A stretch of DNA of 63,863 nt, filler included, from Vannella sp. (taxonomy: Eukaryota), in NCBI GenBank assembly GCA_023345925.1. It is 6 parts of 6 records of this genome, joined end to end, with 100 filler letters (N's around TTAATTAATTAA, not from the genome) between each part and the next. Parts side by side here need not be neighbours in the genome. Positions count along the whole stretch, not along the records: positions 58,029 to 63,863 come from JAJQQN010001390.1; 5 more parts are not named here. The stretch is one strand, 5' to 3'. Made by a program: the position numbers and the translations under genes. The notes under the pieces were generated by a model that ran no database searches, was not told where the DNA came from, and saw only the letters and a program-made list of their open reading frames with translations. Of the stretch, positions 58,029-63,863 are shown piece by piece; position 1 is the first letter of the stretch, and each line of letters starts with the position of its first letter.

Positions 58029-58362
58029 TTGTTGGGGAGGCGACTGACAACACCGTAGCGAACTCATACTGTCCTGCTTTCCCGATGCTGGTGTAGCCAC
58101 TGCCTGTTCCAGTTCCAGAGCCATAGTTAACCGAATTTGAGTTATCGATGGAACCTCCTTGCATCTGAATGATCATTAACACATCTCCCACGGAAGGAGA
58201 GACAGAGAGGGGCAACTTCAGAATGAGCTGATTCCCCGACGCACTGGAGCCACTCCAATACGTGTTGACGACGCTTGGACAGTTCGGGACACAAGTGGGA
58301 GCAGCTTGAGCTGTCGCACATACCAACCACAACATGAGGAAGAATCGAAGTAGCAGCCGCAT
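58029..58362 (-). CDS. secreted protein N-terminus with a bacterial adhesin-like (AgmC/T9SS-cargo-like) domain, 3' truncated
   Basis: Signal peptide, then VVNTY...GDVLMIIQMQGGSIDNSNSVNYG...AGQYEFATV. Confidence 0.7.
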
Positions 58363-58779
58363 CTCTTCAGCAAACAGCATCAGAGAGAGTGCCAAACTAA
58401 ACTTTCGCGACCTAAGATCAGACTTTTCGTTTCCCCTTCCCGTATCCCCCCACCGTATCCCTCCGCTTCTCCCCGGCTTCCCCTTTTTGGTTTGGGTGAA
58501 ATTTCATTTCATTTTGCTAAGCCTTGAGATGGTGCAGTTAGAGTTTGGTTGAGACGCCAAGCATCGAAGCGATGTTCATGATTCGCTGAAGCTTCGTTAC
58601 ATCTCCAGAAGAGTGCCCCAGTTGGTCATAAGGAGACTTGGATCTAGAGGAGAAGGCGCCTCCCAAGGGCTGCTTTCACTCAATAATCATTCCATCACAG
58701 CCCGGAGCATGACCAGGTTTCAAGGTGCTCCACCCTTCCGAGGTGGGGGCTTTGTTCAATTTACACGGTTAAGCTCTAC

Positions 58780-59310
58780 TCGCCAGAAGAGATCCATTGA
58801 TCTGGGTGGTGAACAAGAACCTGCAAGCGATCAATGAGTTAGTACATATGATGAGGGTAGTGATCTCTTCCCCCATTCGAGTACAGGAGGGCTGGTAGCA
58901 CTCACATGCCTGTCAAGCTATACAGATTGGACCATTCCGGAAGAGATCCGCTTATCTGATTGCTGTACAAGAGCCCACAAGCAATTGATGAGCGAAGGGC
59001 CATGCTTGAGGCGCTCTTGTCCACAAGATCAAGGGATGCTTTCTTCCGAGAAGAAGATAATTGAAAGCACCACATCTCTTGCAGTCAAAGGTGACTCAGA
59101 TTGGACCATTCTGGAAGAGATCCGTTGATCTGGTTGATTTGTGGGGACCTGAAAGCGATCGATGAGTGAAGTGGAATGGCTTGAGGACTGAAAACTACTC
59201 ACAACTTTGAGAGGCTTTTCAGATTGGACCATTTTGGAAGAGATGCGGTGATCCTATTGGAGGACATACTCCTTGCATATCAATGAGTTGGATGCCATTC
59301 TTGTGATGCT
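58780..59310 (+). pseudogene. decayed tandem-repeat coding relic, possibly ankyrin-like
   Basis: cagattggaccattyyggaagagat at 58923, 59097 and 59220, plus a partial copy at ~58783. It translates as LDHSGRDPLI with interspersed stops. Confidence 0.45.
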
Positions 59311-59395
59311 CATGTGTGGGACCAACTGCTACCTCCTCAACTCCACTCTACTAACGGTCTATCTGTAGATGATTAAGCCCGTTATCCTGATTCCC

Positions 59396-59749
59396 TCAAG
59401 TATGCAGTAAAGTACGATCATTCACGCACCCAAGTTTAGAAGACCAAGAACCCATCCCCATGACAGCTGTTGACTCCATGTTCCCTCCAAGATGTATTCT
59501 CCGACAAACAATGAACACTTTGCCGAGAAGCTCGCCTCCACCACCGTGTGGTGGGGTTGACCGAAGGCTTCGTCGCATCTCATTGCTCTCGGAAATCAGG
59601 CCCGGCCTAACTTCCTCCTTGTGGGGAAACCTGTGCCTTGTATAATACAACATTGTACGATAAAGAAAAAAAAAATGATGATATGGGGATCCTTGTTGCT
59701 TCTTATTGCTAAGCAATAACCAACCCTGCTTTTGGGGATGATACCTCAT
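59396..59749 (-). CDS. possible PH-domain fragment or pseudogene
   Basis: KQGWLLL...HHFFFLYRTMLYYT resembles PH strands 1-3; the rest is not recognisable. Confidence 0.3.
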   Translation of the reverse strand: MRYHPQKQGWLLLSNKKQQGSPYHHFFFLYRTMLYYTRHRFPHKEEVRPGLISESNEMRRSLRSTPPHGGGGELLGKVFIVCRRIHLGGNMESTAVMGMGSWSSKLGCVNDRTLLHT

Positions 59750-60039
59750 GTATTTGAAGAGAAAATCCACGAGAGGGGACTGATTTCAATTATTCACTTT
59801 TTGGCTTGAGGGATCCAAACAAGGGAAATGCGCTCGCTCGTGAAACCTCCTCCAACCAAAACACATAAAAAGTTCTGGTAAAGGCCCCGAGACTTTCTGC
59901 CAGTCGAATGTAGAGTCACTTTTCAACGTAGGAGTGGGTCGTGAACTCTCCTATCAATTCGTCCCAGGGGACAAGAAGAACCCAACAAGGGTGTACAAAA
60001 GGGGAAGAATGTCTCTTCTTATTCGGTTTGAATCGACGA

Positions 60040-62114
60040 TTACTTGCTAATGGGCTTGTTCTTTCGGTTGGAAGCTTTCTTCTTCCAGCGCTTGCCTTTG
60101 AGTTTCCTCTTGATCTCTCCTGGTCGAAGCCGGGTGGGTGGCTCGGGATGAGTGGGATAAGCGGGAGGAGGACGAAGGAAGAAGACTCTGCAAGGTGGAT
60201 AAGGCCAAACCAGCTCTTTCAGTTCGTTCACTTGAGAAAGCTTGTTAGAAGATAGAGCGCGATAGAATAATTGAATGTGGTCCGGGGTTATCTCAAAATC
60301 TAAGAGATCTCCTCTGTTAGTCGAGCCAGCCCATGAAGGGCCTCTTTGCACTTACCATGTGAAATCATCAGTCTCAGAATCTTAAATCCATTATTAAAGT
60401 ACTTGGCACGGGCACACACATTCATCAAGTGGCGCCAAGCGAACTTATTCGGGACAATGTCACTTTGCTTCATTTGGCGATAAATGTCAAAACACTGTTC
60501 GACTCTTTTGGCCTTTGAGAACATCTTCAAGAGCATGGTATACGTGTAAGTATCGGGCTGGAGTCCGAATTCGCCATAAAGAGGAATCAATCCTTCGGTC
60601 TGGCGCAAGTGCATGGCCTCCACATACACAGAAAGGTACGAATTGAGGGTTTTGGTGGTGATAGTGTGCTCACCAGGGATGATGTTTGCGCCAAGAGCAG
60701 CATTCTTATCAATGGCATACTGCTGAAGCTGCTTAAAGATCATATCAGCACGCTCTATCAGAGTTTGTCGCACTTTGTGGTCAGGATTGTGCTGAATGGA
60801 GCGAGAGAGGACGTCCAAGAGGATCTCATAGGACTTGATAGTGATAGGGATCTTGTCCGTTTGCATCTGATCCATGATCAGATCAGCCGCCTTCAAGTTC
60901 CCGACGGGTCCGCAAGAGGCCAAGAGCAGATGGTACGAGTGCGCGTCCGGGCGGAATCCGTGGTCCTTCATCTCTCGTAGGATCTCAAAGCCCTTGTTGA
61001 AGTAGTCATGGCGACGAGAGCAGACCTTGAGCATGCTGTTGAAGGTGTAGTCGATCATCGGGAGTTTGAGGAATTTGATCTCTTCGAAGAGGTTGAAGGC
61101 TCGCTCTGCTTCGTATTGGCGAGCGCATATGTCTATCATGAGTGTGAATGCAATCGTGTCTGCTTCCAAGTAGAACTGGCGCATCATGTCAAAGGTATCC
61201 CACGCCAACTGGTAGTTCTCCTTCCGTAAGCACCCGTGGATCAGAGTAGTAAAGATAGCATTGTCTGGTTCAATCGTTCGTTCAGGTCCCAATGCGTAAG
61301 TGCGCATGAGCGTGTAGGCTTCATCCAGTTGAAGGTTCTTGGAGTAGCAACTCATCATGGCGGTGCAACTCTCCACAGTGAGGGGAACTCCCTCCATCAG
61401 CATGGTATCAAATAGACCACGCGCCCTATCTACATCTGCTGAGTGATAGCAAGAAGCAATCACTAAGGTGTACACTTGAGGGTCAATGCGCATGCGCAGA
61501 TCTTGCATGATCTCCATAGACTCAAAGGCGAGATCAGAAAGGTTCCTACGGCTTTGGAGGACGAGGAGCTTGATAAATGAGTCGCGATCAAGCCTGCGGA
61601 CGGTCCGTATGGCGGGAGGGTCCCCAAGCTTGCGTCCCGAGACGATGTCTCGCAGCTCTTCCAGCTCCTCCTTGCGAATCCCAAAGTAGTCCTCGGGTTT
61701 GTAGGAAGAGAGCTCTTCGTCGTTAAGTTTCATGACCTGCCCAGGCTTAGAGGGCTCGATCAAACTGGTTTGATAGAGCTGGAGGGCGACTTCTGGGTCG
61801 TCGAGGTCGCGATCAGGTCTCAGCTCCTTCAGTTTAGCTTGAAACTCGGCTTCAGACTCTTCTCCCATTGCAATAGGCTCTCCAGGTAACTCAGGAACAA
61901 AGGGTTCGAAGCGGGGGCCCAACCCGAACTTTGCAACGCACATCTGCCGCTGAGGAAGTCTCCAGTTCGTCACAGGTACTTTAGGAACCAGTGATTGAAA
62001 GCCCCGCGAAGCAGAGGAACAAGGAAGAAGCCCCAACCCCCTCCCGCCCGCAAGGGAGAGCCGAAGGCCCGTTAGGAACATGAAGAGGGCCGATAAATGC
62101 CTTCGAATCCGCAT
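60040..62114 (-). CDS. P-class pentatricopeptide repeat protein, probably mitochondrial
   Basis: Arg-rich presequence; repeats VYTLVIASC, FTTLIHGC, TFNSMLKVC, PDTYTYTMLLKMF; one intron near 60301-60356. Confidence 0.9.
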
Positions 62115-62163
62115 TCTCAGTGTATTAAATGATGGGAACCAACACAACTCCTTCCCCCACCTC

Positions 62164-63793
62164 ATGCAGTGGGACCCTCAGGAGATCGTGGACCAAAGGA
62201 TCGCTGATTGGAGGTCCAGTGTGGCTCATGTGTTGGACTTGAGTCGCTTGGAGTTAAGTGAGATCCCTCCTCAGGTGATGGGGCCCGCGGGTAAGGGAGT
62301 GCCCATCAAGAAGCTCCTTCTCGCCTGCAACAAGTTGACAAGCTTTCCCGTGGCTCTTTCTGAGAGTCACCCAGAGCTTCAAGTCCTTGAGCTCTCAGCA
62401 AACTCTTTCAGTGAAGACAAGCACAACAATGAGGAGCTATTGGAGGCTCTCTCCCGCTGTAAAGAGCTCACGGAGTTCAGCTTTGCTGAGGGGAAGCTCC
62501 ATTCTCCCCTACGACTGGTTGTTTGCCTGAGTTCTCTCCCTCTCATGACTGTATTGGACCTTAGGAAGCTCTCTTTGGGCCCTAATGTGGGTAAAGCACT
62601 GGCTTGTATCTCTCAAAGTATGAAACATCTCCGTTCTCTCAGCCTCGACGAGTGTGGGATCCATGGTTTCCCTAGTATCCTTAGCAACCTAGAGTCTCTC
62701 GAAATCCTTGACCTCTCCTTCAACGCAATGTCCGTTGTCCCCGAAGACATTAGTGAGAACATCCTCTCTCCTCACATGGCGTACTGACAGGCCCAGATCG
62801 ATTCAAATCGCTCAAGTCTTTGCGTATGGATGGCTGTGGTATCACTCTCTTGGAGGATGGGATCTGCCAGTTGAACAAGCTGGAAGTTCTCTCCCTCAAC
62901 TTTAACGATCTTGACAGTTTGCCTGAGGATATGTTCAAACTGGAGAGCTTGCAGCAGCTTCTCCTTAGTTACAACAACTTCGTCACTCCACCAGGTGCAG
63001 TCCTCAACTCCACCACAAGGACAAGCCTTCTCCCCTCGTTGAAATGCGTCCATTTGGATGCTAACCTCATCCCTGAAGAGGAAGCCCCTTCTGGGGATTG
63101 GCAAGCGATCCGTGTATCCTGTATTCCTTTTGACTACATGCAAGCGCCCTCATTGGTAGTTGATCGAGAGGAAAACGGATTTGAGGTCCTCTTGGGGTTT
63201 GATGCGCCTTCTCAGCAACTCAGTCAGTCATACTAACGACTCGATCAGATGCTATAACTCAGCACGGAACAAACACCTCCTTCAGGCACTGGGAATCAAG
63301 TCGGTGCTTGTTGTGGGGAGCGGGCTCTGCAAGGTCTATCCAATGGTGAGGTACTGCGCTGTTGTATCCAACTGACGAACTCTCTCAGCACTTTGAATAT
63401 CTTCAATACGAGCTGGAAGATGACGAGGGCGAAGACATCCTCCAGTTCTTTGCCGAAGGAACAGACTTCATCCACAACCGACGTCGTGTCGGCCCTGTCC
63501 TCGTCCACTGGTACGCTGCAATCATCCTGTAGTGTACACTCATGTCTGGGTAGTGCTGCAGGGATAAGTCGGAGTGCATCGTTAGTGCTGGCCTATCTCA
63601 TTCGCTACAAAAGAATGAAGTTCGAAGCAGCCCTCGCCACGGTAAAGAGCCGACGAGATATAATTCACCCAAACGAAGGTGAGTGCTTTTTGAATCAATT
63701 GAAAATATCAATGATCTTCTTGATGCAGCATTCCTTGGTCAGCTTCGGAGATACGCCAGCCAATCACACGCGAAAGAATGCCCTCTATCCTGA
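62164..63793 (+). CDS. LRR + dual-specificity phosphatase (MPL1-like architecture)
   Basis: LRRs; spliced VLVHCAAGISRSASLVLAYL...VKSRRDIIHPNEAFLGQL; ends in CPLS*. Confidence 0.88.
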
Positions 63794-63863
63794 GAATCGA
63801 AGCTTTCACCTTCGAAAGAACTTTGTGCCCTTCGCTGATTGGCTAAATTATCTCCGTCAACCG

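Noticed and set aside
58923..59250. CRISPR-like array
   Set aside because: Spacings are irregular and long (174 and 123 bp), similarity extends into the would-be spacers, there are no cas genes and the context is eukaryotic.
2522..63793. Alternative genetic code, readthrough or frameshifting as the cause of fragmented ORFs
   Set aside because: The breaks I examined resolve with short GT-AG introns, often with CTRAC-like branch sites, and TAA, TAG and TGA all end genes.

Overview
This is eukaryotic nuclear DNA from a very compact protist genome, most likely an amoebozoan. That placement is an inference from gene content: RGS-RasGEFs, an LRR-DSP phosphatase, an LRR-villin, a half-size ABCA and a two-subunit ATP-citrate lyase. 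The window is six contigs joined by five artificial 100-bp linkers (N44-TTAATTAATTAA-N44), so adjacency across linkers is not established. I can support about 28 protein-coding genes in the standard genetic code. Many have short (~40-60 nt) GT-AG introns, and intergenic gaps are often 44-150 bp. I found no rRNA, tRNA, CRISPR array or intact transposon. The main leads are: (1) two small intronless paralogues sharing an unrecognised IPxDxxWRWNQAK domain, head-to-head across a linker, as a candidate new DNA-binding family; (2) a DUSP12/Yvh1-like pseudophosphatase and zinc domain fused to a PAK-like kinase; (3) a recurrent YCATTY initiator-like motif just upstream of most start codons; (4) bacterial-looking surface proteins, namely an autotransporter-like beta-helix, an AgmC-like domain and a single-pass GPS protein; (5) a DUF402 protein with a mitochondrial-type presequence. 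Gene models were spliced by eye and family calls come from motif recognition, not database searches.
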